DNA of 64,000 nt from Clostridia bacterium. GTDB taxonomy: Bacteria > Bacillota > Clostridia > Christensenellales > QALW01. Position numbers and translations under genes: made by a program. Numbering within the stretch: position 1 is the stretch's first letter; each line of letters starts with the position of its first letter. Where the stretch lies: positions 26,294-90,293 of the forward strand of contig JAZNSH010000050.1 in assembly GCA_045591115.1 (NCBI GenBank), written 5' to 3'. Below the pieces are notes generated by a model, which searched no databases, was not told where the DNA came from, and saw only the letters and a program-made list of their open reading frames with translations. This document shows, piece after piece, positions 19,122 to 28,118 of this stretch.

Positions 19122-19471
19122 AAAGACAAGAAATAATTGAAAAAATTTGCAATGCCGCATTAGATAAAAAAGCTGAGAATGTAGTTGTTATGGATATTAA
19201 AGAGCTTACGGTTATTGCAGATAATTTTATAATTTGTTCGGGCACATCTCATTCTCAGGTAAAAGCTATATGCGATAATATAGAAGAACAATTAAAAAAA
19301 GCGGGGGAAGAGCCTGCCAAAATTGATGGATATAATGATGCTCGTTGGATAGTTATGGATTATTCAGATGTTTTTGTTCACGTTTTTTATAATGAGGACA
19401 GACAGTTTTATAATCTTGAACGTTTATGGCATAACGGCAATAATTTGTACGTATTTTCTGATAATATATGA
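19118..19471 (+). CDS. rsfS: Ribosome silencing factor RsfS (iojap)
   Basis: 117 aa. Iojap-like pattern (ADNFIICSGTSHSQVKAI...WIVMDYSDVFVHVF). Confidence 0.9.
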   Translation: MKRQEIIEKICNAALDKKAENVVVMDIKELTVIADNFIICSGTSHSQVKAICDNIEEQLKKAGEEPAKIDGYNDARWIVMDYSDVFVHVFYNEDRQFYNLERLWHNGNNLYVFSDNI

Positions 19472-19484
19472 TAAAATAGTGCAT

Positions 19485-19512
19485 AAAACCGCATAAAAAT
19501 TGCGGTTTTTTT
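19485..19512 (+). terminator. Intrinsic terminator after rsfS
   Basis: AAAACCGCA-7 nt-TGCGGTTTT followed by further Ts. Confidence 0.75.
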
Positions 19513-19513
19513 G

Positions 19514-19542
19514 TTGCATATAAATCCCAAATGTGCTATAAT
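19514..19542 (+). promoter_or_regulatory. SigA-type promoter of pgi
   Basis: TTGCAT (19514-19519), 17 nt, TGcTATAAT (extended -10, hexamer 19537-19542). Confidence 0.7.
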
Positions 19543-19588
19543 ATATGAGAATGTGAAATTATATACAAAGTGAGAAGGTAAGTAAAAA

Positions 19589-20995
19589 ATGGAAAAGTTG
19601 AAATTGCGTTTAGATGTTAATAATATGATGGCCGATTATATTGGTGAAAAAGGTTTTACTGAAGCTGATTTAAAGGCTGTTATGCCTAAGGCTGAGGCCG
19701 CATTTGATTTTGTTTTGAAAAATCGCGGCAAAGGTATGATGGGATGGACCGAGCTTCCGTATAATCAGGATGATATCGTTGAAGATATTTTGGCCACCGC
19801 TAAAAATATTCAGGCAAAGTTTGATTATTTTGTTGTTTTAGGTATTGGTGGAAGTGCTCTTGGTCCCATAGCAATTCAGCAGGCACTTAATCATATGCAT
19901 TATAATGAACTTTCTAAGGAAAAACGCAATGGTTGTCCTAAGCTTTACGTTGAGGATAACGTTGACCCTGAAAGAATGGTTGCTCTTTTTGATGTTATCG
20001 ATTTGAAGAAAACCTGCTTTAACGTTATTTCAAAGTCCGGCAGCACCAGCGAGACAATGACGCAGTATCTTATTCTGTGGGATGCTCTTAAAAAAGAACT
20101 TGGTGATAAAGCAAACGAACATATTATTGCTACCACTGATGCTGAAAAAGGTAACCTTATAAAGCTTGCTAATAAGGAAGGCTTTAAAAAGTATGTTATT
20201 CCCGATGGAGTTGGCGGAAGATTTTCTGAAATGTGTCCTGTTGGTCTTCTTGCCGCGGCAGTTTGTGGTATTGATATTAAATCAATGCTTCAGGGCGCTA
20301 AATATATGGACGAGCTTGCAGCATCATCTGATATTTATAAAAACTCACCGCTTATGGCAGCATCACTTCAGTATTTGGCTATGAATAAAGGCTATAATAT
20401 TTCTGTTATGATGCCTTATGCCGACAGTCTTAAATATATGGCTGACTGGTATTGCCAGCTTTGGGGCGAATCGTTGGGCAAGAAAAATGATCTTAACGGA
20501 AACGTTGTAAACGTAGGACAGACTCCTGTAAAAGCTCTTGGCGTAACAGATCAGCACAGTCAGGTTCAGTTGTATACGGAAGGTCCTTTCGATAAGGTTA
20601 TAACGATTCTTGGTGTAGATAATTATCGTGCAACTGTTAAAATTGCTGATGGATGTGAAGATATTCCTGCTGTTAACTTCCTTTGCGGGCATACGATGAA
20701 CGAACTTATTACTGCAGAGAGAAATGCCACGGAATACGCTTTATTAAAGAGTGGACATCTCAACCACACGATTATACTTCCTGAAGTAAATGCCTTTACC
20801 ATTGGTGAGCTTATGTACTTCTATGAGCTTGAAACTGCATATTGCGGTGCAATGCTTAATATTAATACCTTTGATCAGCCCGGTGTTGAAGAGGGTAAAA
20901 ATGCTACTTACGCACTTTTAGGACGTCCCGGCTACGAAGAGAAAAAAGCCGAACTTGAAAACAGACCTGAGAAAACTTCTAAATATATTATTTGA
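19589..20995 (+). CDS. pgi: Glucose-6-phosphate isomerase
   Basis: 468 aa. PGI/SIS pattern (VVLGIGGSALGP, SKSGSTSET, GGRFS). Confidence 0.92.
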   Translation: MEKLKLRLDVNNMMADYIGEKGFTEADLKAVMPKAEAAFDFVLKNRGKGMMGWTELPYNQDDIVEDILATAKNIQAKFDYFVVLGIGGSALGPIAIQQALNHMHYNELSKEKRNGCPKLYVEDNVDPERMVALFDVIDLKKTCFNVISKSGSTSETMTQYLILWDALKKELGDKANEHIIATTDAEKGNLIKLANKEGFKKYVIPDGVGGRFSEMCPVGLLAAAVCGIDIKSMLQGAKYMDELAASSDIYKNSPLMAASLQYLAMNKGYNISVMMPYADSLKYMADWYCQLWGESLGKKNDLNGNVVNVGQTPVKALGVTDQHSQVQLYTEGPFDKVITILGVDNYRATVKIADGCEDIPAVNFLCGHTMNELITAERNATEYALLKSGHLNHTIILPEVNAFTIGELMYFYELETAYCGAMLNINTFDQPGVEEGKNATYALLGRPGYEEKKAELENRPEKTSKYII

Positions 20996-21009
20996 ACAGG
21001 AGCATAATT

Positions 21010-21729
21010 ATGGAAATTACTTTTGATACCATATTCAGGGTTATTCGCAAATCGATAGCACTTATTTTAATTTGTGCAATGATTTGTGCGATAGGCGCGT
21101 TTCTTGTAAGTAAATATCTTATGAAGTCTACATATGTTTCTGTCCTTGAAATCAATATTATTGGTACGCAGGATTCTGAGGGCGGAATCGTTAATGAAAA
21201 CAATCAATGGGTATTTGCTAACCGTCTTGTTAAAACTTGTAAAGAGATTATTGATACGAATACTTTTAAACGCAAGGTAAAAGAGGTTGCAGGCATCGAT
21301 CATAAGCCAACCTTTACTGTTTCTTATGATGAAGAAACAACGGTTATCGGAATTAATGTTCAGGATAATGATAGGAATGATGCTTATAAGATAGCAAAAG
21401 CTATTGAACAGATCGTTAATGATCATCTTATTGAAAAAACTGCTACTTCAGTTTCGGTTCGTGTAATTGAAGAACCTGTTGAACCTACCGTGCCTTCATC
21501 GCCAAATGTTATGTTGAATACTGTTCTTGTTGCTTTTATTGGTGCGGTAGTTGTTGTTATAGTTGAAGTTATCCGTGAAACCTTTGGAACAAAGGTTAAG
21601 GATGAGGATGAGTTGAGAAAGCGTTATGATTTACCCGTTATTGCGGCAATTCCTGATTTTAATGAGGCGATGCGCAATAGCTATAAGTATTCATATTCCG
21701 AATATGCTTCAAGGGGGACGAATAAATAA
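21010..21729 (+). CDS. Wzz/CpsC-type polysaccharide co-polymerase; BY-kinase transmembrane modulator
   Basis: Two TM helices flank an ~140-aa outer loop. The cytoplasmic tail ends NSYKYSYSEYASRGTNK. Start moved to ATG 21010 (AGGAG 7 nt upstream). Confidence 0.8.
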   Translation: MEITFDTIFRVIRKSIALILICAMICAIGAFLVSKYLMKSTYVSVLEINIIGTQDSEGGIVNENNQWVFANRLVKTCKEIIDTNTFKRKVKEVAGIDHKPTFTVSYDEETTVIGINVQDNDRNDAYKIAKAIEQIVNDHLIEKTATSVSVRVIEEPVEPTVPSSPNVMLNTVLVAFIGAVVVVIVEVIRETFGTKVKDEDELRKRYDLPVIAAIPDFNEAMRNSYKYSYSEYASRGTNK

Positions 21730-22415
21730 TGGTAACGAAAGCTCCTTACACAAAATATAACCGTTCAGGTGATGCTGAGTTCTTTACAGTTGAGGCTTAT
21801 AAGCTTGCAAGAACAAATATTGCTTTGTCAATTATTAAACAAGGTTGTAAAAGAATTGTATTCACGAGTGCGGTTGCCGGTGAAGGCAAAACAACCACAT
21901 CTTGTAACGTTGCTGCGGCATTCTCAAAACACTTAAATACTAAAACTGTTATTGTGGATTGCGACCTTCGTAAACCTACAGTAAGTAAGTTTTTTAAAGT
22001 TAAGAATAATCCCGGCATAACAAATTATTTAAGCGGAATGACTGACCTCGACAGTATAATTCAGGTTGTTGAGGGAACTAATCTTTCTGTAGTTCCCGCA
22101 GGAATCGTTCCTCCCAACCCATCAGAGCTTCTTGCAAGTAAAGAATTTTCCGATTTTCTTGATGAGCTTTCCCAAAGGTTTGATTACATCATTTTGGATA
22201 CTCCGCCTGTTAATATTGTTTCTGATGTTCTTCCGGTAGCGGAAAAAGCAGATGGCGTTGTCGTTGTTGCATATGAGGAACGCTCTAATTATGTTGAGTT
22301 AGACAAGGCAATAGAAAACCTTAAGCGTTGCGATACAAAAATCATTGGCTTTATTCTTAACGGAAGTCGTAAAAAAGAAAAGAAAAATAGAAAGATCAAG
22401 TCATACAGACGATGA
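21729..22415 (+). CDS. CpsD/CapB-type bacterial tyrosine kinase (BY-kinase) catalytic subunit
   Basis: 228 aa. Walker A SAVAGEGKTT, Walker A' VIVDCDLRKP, Walker B IILDTPP. The basic C-tail has a single Tyr. Joined to the upstream gene by a TAATG overlap. Confidence 0.88.
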   Translation: MVTKAPYTKYNRSGDAEFFTVEAYKLARTNIALSIIKQGCKRIVFTSAVAGEGKTTTSCNVAAAFSKHLNTKTVIVDCDLRKPTVSKFFKVKNNPGITNYLSGMTDLDSIIQVVEGTNLSVVPAGIVPPNPSELLASKEFSDFLDELSQRFDYIILDTPPVNIVSDVLPVAEKADGVVVVAYEERSNYVELDKAIENLKRCDTKIIGFILNGSRKKEKKNRKIKSYRR

Positions 22416-23089
22416 GATTTTTTGATACTCATACACATATTTTGCCCGGTATTGACGACGGTTCGAAGAATAAAGAAGAAAGCTTGAATATGATAAAAAT
22501 GCTTGGTGAACAGGGAATAACAGATATAATCCTTACGCCGCATTTTTATAATTATGAAACAACTCTGGAAAAATTTGTAAAGAAACGCAAGGATGCATTT
22601 GATGAAATAAAAGAGTTCTTTGGAGAGATAACGCCTCATTTAGGTGCAGAAGTTTATCTGGTTGATACGATTTTCGGTATTGAAGATATTACGGAGCTAT
22701 GCATTGATAAAAGCAACTATATTCTTGTTGAACTTCCCTTTAATGAACATAATCAGGGTAAAGTTATTTCGATGATCAATAGACTCTGCGCTACTTTTCA
22801 GGTAATACCAATTCTTGCGCATATTGAAAAATATCATTCTTTTTTTAACGCAGAATTTTTGCGTGAAGTAAGTAAGCTTGATTGCCTTGTTCAGATTGAC
22901 ATTGATTCTCTTAAGCATCCTCTCTTAAGGAGAAAAATTAGCAAATTTATTGAGCGGGGCTACATACAATTCGTTGGCAGTGACTGCCATAATTTAAAGG
23001 AAAGAAGACCGAATTTTGACGTTTTGAAAAGAAATTTGCCACCTATTATGTGTGAATTTCTTCACAACAACAGTGATATAACTTTTTAA
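22412..23089 (+). CDS. PHP-family (CpsB/YwqE-type) protein-tyrosine phosphatase
   Basis: 225 aa. N-terminal FDTHTHILPGIDDG metal-binding motif. ATGA overlap with the kinase gene. Confidence 0.88.
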   Translation: MRFFDTHTHILPGIDDGSKNKEESLNMIKMLGEQGITDIILTPHFYNYETTLEKFVKKRKDAFDEIKEFFGEITPHLGAEVYLVDTIFGIEDITELCIDKSNYILVELPFNEHNQGKVISMINRLCATFQVIPILAHIEKYHSFFNAEFLREVSKLDCLVQIDIDSLKHPLLRRKISKFIERGYIQFVGSDCHNLKERRPNFDVLKRNLPPIMCEFLHNNSDITF

Positions 23090-23092
23090 ACT

Positions 23093-23127
23093 AAAACAGC
23101 CTGCATATGATTTGCAGGCTGTTTTTT
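23093..23127. terminator. Bidirectional intrinsic terminator
   Basis: AAAACAGCCTGCA-7 nt-TGCAGGCTGTTTT, with an A-run and a T-run on either side, between convergent genes. Confidence 0.8.
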
Positions 23128-23132
23128 ATTAG

Positions 23133-24089
23133 CTATTCTATATCTTCATTATCAATGCTTTCGATTTCATCAGAATCATCAGAATCATCAGAATCGTCAG
23201 AATCGTCAGAATCGTCAATCTCTATTATTTCATTATCCAAATCAGCATCTAAAATATCATCGATCTTTGAGTTAAGAATTTCAATAATTTTTTTGTTTAT
23301 TTCATCTGCTCTTTCTTCATGGAGAAAGTGACCGCAAGCAGGAAGTGTTGCTGAATATACTTCAGGCAATGCGTCTTCAAATAATTCCATCATTTCGATG
23401 GGGTGCCAGGTGTCTTCTTCTCCCCAGAATATGTAAGCCGGAGCCTGAATAGAAGATAATTCGTAGCCGATATTACTGTCGTCCCAATTACTGTAAGCAA
23501 TCATTGCTGAGTCAAGATTTTCTTTGTTTGAAAGAACTTTATAATAGTGACGGATAACATCTTTCTTAACCATAGTAGGATCGTAATAACCCTTGCTAAG
23601 AACCTTCTTAACCGTTGATTTTCTAAAGAAAGTAAAAATAATATCTGAAAGAATAGGGGTTGAACAATGCTTAATATGTGAGGGATATGTTTTTGTAACA
23701 CCACCGGGTGTAAGTAAAAATAAACGTTTAACATATTTGGGATATTTGATTGCAACGTCAAGGGCGATGATTGCACCTGTTGAAAAACCTAAGAGAGAAG
23801 CTTTTTCAATTCCCATTGCATCCATAAAATCAACTATAAGCTTTGAGAAATCATCGATAGTGTAATCAATTTCGGGCTTTGATGATAAACCGTGACCAAT
23901 AAGATCCAGGGAAATAACGTGACAGTGTTCAGATAAGACACGAACATTTTTTCTAAATGTATACATTGCCTGCCCGACACCGTGGATAAAAATAACTGTT
24001 TCGCCGGATCCTTCCTCAAAATATCTGATGGTATTTTCACCAACTTGTATAAATTGTCCGCTTGATTTGCGTTCTGCATTTTCGCTCAT
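23133..24089 (-). CDS. Alpha/beta-fold hydrolase with an acidic (DSD)n C-terminal tail
   Basis: 318 aa. Nucleophile elbow GFSTG. HGVGQ oxyanion region. C-terminal His in ACGHFLH. No signal peptide. The tail reads IDDSDDSDDSDDSDDSDEIESIDNEDIE. Confidence 0.8.
   Translation of the reverse strand: MSENAERKSSGQFIQVGENTIRYFEEGSGETVIFIHGVGQAMYTFRKNVRVLSEHCHVISLDLIGHGLSSKPEIDYTIDDFSKLIVDFMDAMGIEKASLLGFSTGAIIALDVAIKYPKYVKRLFLLTPGGVTKTYPSHIKHCSTPILSDIIFTFFRKSTVKKVLSKGYYDPTMVKKDVIRHYYKVLSNKENLDSAMIAYSNWDDSNIGYELSSIQAPAYIFWGEEDTWHPIEMMELFEDALPEVYSATLPACGHFLHEERADEINKKIIEILNSKIDDILDADLDNEIIEIDDSDDSDDSDDSDDSDEIESIDNEDIE
23164..23217 (-). repeat. 9-bp coding tandem repeat (about 6 copies) encoding the (DSD)n tail
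   Basis: GAATCATCA x3 then GAATCGTCA x3 on the + strand. Confidence 0.9.
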
Positions 24090-24107
24090 TATATTAACCT
24101 CCTGATT

Positions 24108-25526
24108 CTATACTGATGGCGTTATCAGATTACTTGTTGGCGGGCCGATAGCATCTGATGGAGTAACGTAAAAAAATTCGCCTTCAACAATAATATATTT
24201 TTTTTGAAGATAACCTTCCATACCACCGTTTGTACGAACCTTTATCCATTCTTCATCGTAATCATCCAAAACTGTAAGCTGGGTGCCGTTAGCAAGTCCC
24301 GCCTGAACAACGGAAGTCGTACTTGGTTTATATCTTAAACGCAGTGTGCTTTTTTGGTCTGAAAGCTTTATTCTGTATAGTGAGCCAACTTGATAGGGAG
24401 CTGTAGGAGCGGGTGTTGTAACGTTTAAAGGTAATGAAAGGGTTTCGATTGGTTCTGCGGGAACTTCTGGGTTTTCCGGTATGGTTGAGGGGTCCTGTTC
24501 TTCATCAATGCTGGGATGCATTATCGCGCCGTCATCGGGAATAAGAGCATTTGGATCGTCCTTTAACATTTCTTGCGGGTCAGGGTAAACCATTTTTGCG
24601 TGAACAATTATTCTTGAATTTCCTGATCTGTCACAAGTGGAAAGCGTAAGAATTCGATCGTATGGAGTGAATATAACGTTTGTATCTTTATAGATACTGC
24701 GGTTCCTTGTTTGATTACACCAGTTTATAAATGAAGTATTGCTATCAAAATCAACGTATAAATACAAGCTTGAGGGGGAAGTTTTATAAACACTGTATAT
24801 TTCATAACGATATGTGCCGTAAAGCGTATCGAAGAAAATATACTTATGTGAATCATAATAAGCTTTTGTGCCTTCAAGGAAGTTGTTAAGAGTTGCAAAC
24901 ATTGTGCCATCGCGCATATTATGACCGTGGATAATTATGTTACGGGATATTGGATTAACATCGCAGGCATCTGACATAAAAAGCGTACCAGATGTTGAAG
25001 GAGTACCATCATAGCTGTGGTTAAGATAATAATCCTTTTTGCCGTTTTCTTGGGCAATGGGATAATTTATACCCATTCCGTACATATAGATCCAAGAATT
25101 AACGTCACCGTTTATTGCCTCGTTAATAGACCAAAGCATTGATTGCTTGCTTGTGTAACCAAGAGCACGTTCAAACTCTGTTGTGCCTAACATATCAGAT
25201 GGCTTCATACCGTTTGTCTCCTGCAAGGGTGAAGCAAGAAGAGGGTCAAATCCATCAGAATCAGTTGTGGAATAAGCTGTAGACCAATCTATGTTAAGAG
25301 GGTCGTATGTGTCGAGGCTGGGATCGTCAATCTGACCGCGATTAGCCAGTTCACTGTATTTAGTTTCGGCGAGATACTCGCTAATGCTCTTATCAAATAA
25401 GGAAAAACTGCAAACTGCAATGACTACTACAAGAGCAATTGGAACTATACGAAAGAATATTGTTCGTACAATATCTGAGTTCATACGTTTTTTTCTTTTG
25501 ATTTTCAAGGGCTTGTAATCACTCAT
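24108..25526 (-). CDS. Sortase (class B-like) with long N-terminal extension and C-terminal SH3b domain
   Basis: 472 aa. N-terminal TM (IFFRIVPIALVVVIAVCSFSLF). Sortase motifs IIHGHNMRDGTMFATL and TLSTC with a downstream Arg. C-terminal SH3b-like GTQLTVLDDYDEEWIKVRTNGGMEGYLQKKYI. Confidence 0.8.
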   Translation of the reverse strand: MSDYKPLKIKRKKRMNSDIVRTIFFRIVPIALVVVIAVCSFSLFDKSISEYLAETKYSELANRGQIDDPSLDTYDPLNIDWSTAYSTTDSDGFDPLLASPLQETNGMKPSDMLGTTEFERALGYTSKQSMLWSINEAINGDVNSWIYMYGMGINYPIAQENGKKDYYLNHSYDGTPSTSGTLFMSDACDVNPISRNIIIHGHNMRDGTMFATLNNFLEGTKAYYDSHKYIFFDTLYGTYRYEIYSVYKTSPSSLYLYVDFDSNTSFINWCNQTRNRSIYKDTNVIFTPYDRILTLSTCDRSGNSRIIVHAKMVYPDPQEMLKDDPNALIPDDGAIMHPSIDEEQDPSTIPENPEVPAEPIETLSLPLNVTTPAPTAPYQVGSLYRIKLSDQKSTLRLRYKPSTTSVVQAGLANGTQLTVLDDYDEEWIKVRTNGGMEGYLQKKYIIVEGEFFYVTPSDAIGPPTSNLITPSV

Positions 25527-25642
25527 TAAAAAACCTCCATAATAGTGTTAAGTATATTATACTACAAAATCAAAAAATTTGCACTACTTATTTTAATTAT
25601 TTTATAAATATTCAAATATATTATACTATATAAATAAATCTA

Positions 25643-25671
25643 TTGCAAGATATAGTTTTTTAGGTTAAAAT
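25643..25671 (+). promoter_or_regulatory. SigA-type promoter of mutS2
   Basis: TTGCAA (25643-25648), 17 nt, TAAAAT (25666-25671). Confidence 0.55.
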
Positions 25672-25701
25672 AATAATATAAATTTATTAAAGGATTTTGA
25701 T

Positions 25702-28041
25702 ATGGACGAAAAATTATTCAGAATACTTGAGTTCGATAAAATAAAGGAAAAACTCAAAAAAAATGCAGTTTCACCGAAAGGGAAAGAATTCATTGATGAA
25801 TTACAGCCGTCTACGGAAATTAATGAGGTAAAAAATCTTTTATCCGAGACGGATTGTGCAGTTGAACTGATTGAAAAAACAGGAGGCTCTCCAATTCACA
25901 GCTTTGATAATATAGAAGGAGTTCTTTCAAGAATAAAAATTGAAGCAACACTTTCTATGTCGGAGCTTTTAAAAACGGCCGTTTTTTTAAAAGCGGTTCG
26001 TGAGGCACGCCGCCAGATCTGTGATACAAGCCGGGAAAATATTTTGTTGGAATATGCTCGATTATTAGTTCCGATGAAAGATATTGAAGAAGAAATTTTT
26101 GCGGATATAATAAGTGATGATGAAATGGCGGACAATGCAAGCAGTAAGCTTCGCTCAATAAGACAGCAGATCCGCAGACAGAATGAAAGTATAAAGGACA
26201 GGCTTAACTCACTTGTGAGAACTTTGGATAGAGATGGCGTACTTCAGGAGGGGATTATTACAATCCGAAATGATCGTTATGTTCTTCCTGTGGTTGCTGC
26301 TCATAAAGGTCGCGTTCCCGGAATAGTTCACGACCAATCTGCAAGCGGTGCGACGCTTTTTATTGAACCAATGGCTGTCGTTGAAATAAATAATACTATT
26401 CGCCAGCTGAAGCTTGATGAACGTGATGAGATCGTAAGGATACTTGAAAGCTTTTCAAAAGAGCTTTTTATGGAATATAAAAGCCTTGAAAGCAACTACA
26501 TTCTTATGGCAAAGCTCGATGTTATATTTGCCAAGGCGAAGCTCAGCCGTGAGATGGAAGCCATTTGTCCGCAGATCAATGAAAAAAAATATATCTTTAT
26601 TGTTAACGGTCGTCATCCGTTAATTGAAAACAGTAAGGTTGTGCCAATAAGTATCAGAGTCGGTAAGGAATTTACTCAGCTTTTGATAACGGGACCTAAT
26701 ACAGGAGGAAAAACCGTTTCTTTAAAAACGGTGGGACTATTTGCGCTTATGACACAGTCGGGCTTGCACATTCCTTGTGAATTCGGTTCACAAATGCCCG
26801 TTTTTGATAATGTCTTTGCAGATATTGGTGATGATCAAAGCATTCAGCAAAGCTTAAGTACCTTTTCTTCACATATGAAGAATATCGTCAAAATTTTAGG
26901 TGAGATCACTGAGAATTCACTTGTTTTGCTGGACGAACTTGGTGCAGGAACCGATCCGGCAGAGGGAGCGGCACTTGCGATGTCTATTCTTGAGGAATTG
27001 CGAAGAAAACGCATCAGAACTATTGTAACCTCACATTATGCTGAATTAAAGGCGTATTCGCTTTCTCATTCCGGTGCGGAGAATGCTTCAGTTGAATTTG
27101 ATGTTCAGTCATTAAAACCAACTTATAAGCTTTTGGTTGGAGTTCCCGGAAATAGTAACGCCTTTCTTATTTCACAAAAATTAGGTCTTAATAAATATCT
27201 TATTGATCGAGCCTATAGCTTTGTTAGCGAGGACGCTCGTAAGCTTAACAAGGTTTTGACAAATGCGGAGGAGTACAGAGCATCAGCACAAGCAACAAGA
27301 AGTGAGGCTGAGCGCTTAAAATTGGAAATTACTTCTTTAAAAAAGAAAATTGAAAAAGAAGAAAATGCCTTGGAAAGAGAACGTGAAAAAATTCTTAAAG
27401 ATGCAAAAAGAGAGGCTGAAAGAATTAAAGAAAATGCGTTGAAAGAAACAGAAAAGATAATTGAAGAATTAAAAAATTTAAAGAAAAACAATGATGATTC
27501 AGCTATCTTCAAAGCAAGAGAAATAAAGAAAAAAATCAATGTTACAAAATTAGAAAATTATTTAAACGAGCCGGCAGAGGGTGAGAAAATAAAAGAGTTT
27601 ATTATTGGGATGGATGTTTACGTTTCCAGCCTTGATAAAGAAGGAACACTTGTTACTTTGCCGAACTCAAAAGGTAAAGCAACTGTAGCAATAGGTATTA
27701 TTCAAACGGAAATTGATAAAAATTATCTTATGTATCCAAAACAGAATAAAAAAGAAGTGGTATCAGGCGTATCTGTTTCGAGAGCGCACACAAACGTTCC
27801 GATGTCTTTGGATGTACGAGGTCAGCTTGCTGATGAGGCGGTAATAAACGTTGATATGTACCTTGATCTTGCTGTAGGCAGAAATTTAGGCTCTGTAACC
27901 ATCATTCACGGAAAAGGAACCGGAGCATTAAAGAACGCTATATGGGAATATCTCAAGCAAAACAAGAAGGTCTCAAAGTATCGTTTGGGAGCATATGGCG
28001 AGGGCGATGCGGGTGTTACTGTGGTTGAATTAAAAAATTAA
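25702..28041 (+). CDS. mutS2: Endonuclease MutS2 (MutS domain plus Smr)
   Basis: 779 aa. Walker A GPNTGGKT. Long K/E coiled coil. C-terminal Smr (LDVRGQ...IIHGKGTGALK). Confidence 0.93.
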   Translation: MDEKLFRILEFDKIKEKLKKNAVSPKGKEFIDELQPSTEINEVKNLLSETDCAVELIEKTGGSPIHSFDNIEGVLSRIKIEATLSMSELLKTAVFLKAVREARRQICDTSRENILLEYARLLVPMKDIEEEIFADIISDDEMADNASSKLRSIRQQIRRQNESIKDRLNSLVRTLDRDGVLQEGIITIRNDRYVLPVVAAHKGRVPGIVHDQSASGATLFIEPMAVVEINNTIRQLKLDERDEIVRILESFSKELFMEYKSLESNYILMAKLDVIFAKAKLSREMEAICPQINEKKYIFIVNGRHPLIENSKVVPISIRVGKEFTQLLITGPNTGGKTVSLKTVGLFALMTQSGLHIPCEFGSQMPVFDNVFADIGDDQSIQQSLSTFSSHMKNIVKILGEITENSLVLLDELGAGTDPAEGAALAMSILEELRRKRIRTIVTSHYAELKAYSLSHSGAENASVEFDVQSLKPTYKLLVGVPGNSNAFLISQKLGLNKYLIDRAYSFVSEDARKLNKVLTNAEEYRASAQATRSEAERLKLEITSLKKKIEKEENALEREREKILKDAKREAERIKENALKETEKIIEELKNLKKNNDDSAIFKAREIKKKINVTKLENYLNEPAEGEKIKEFIIGMDVYVSSLDKEGTLVTLPNSKGKATVAIGIIQTEIDKNYLMYPKQNKKEVVSGVSVSRAHTNVPMSLDVRGQLADEAVINVDMYLDLAVGRNLGSVTIIHGKGTGALKNAIWEYLKQNKKVSKYRLGAYGEGDAGVTVVELKN

Positions 28042-28118
28042 AAAAATTATGTCACAAATTTAGATTTTATGTTATAATATGGATATAAATATAAATGTTT
28101 TAATATTGGAGGTAAAAT

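Noticed and set aside
23107-23331. 74-aa SES-repeat ORF on the + strand
   Set aside because: It is the antisense reading of the (DSD)n tail of the hydrolase gene.
25545-25632. Two copies of TATATTATACTA in the sortase/mutS2 intergenic region
   Set aside because: Each contains a reverse-strand TATAAT, so they are probably just alternative -10 elements. In sequence this AT-rich the repeat is not compelling as an operator.
27213-27539. 108-aa antisense ORF within mutS2, and similar antisense ORFs inside addA, addB, glyQS, htrA, the kinases and other genes
   Set aside because: These are low-complexity mirror translations of well-supported genes, and they lack an SD.
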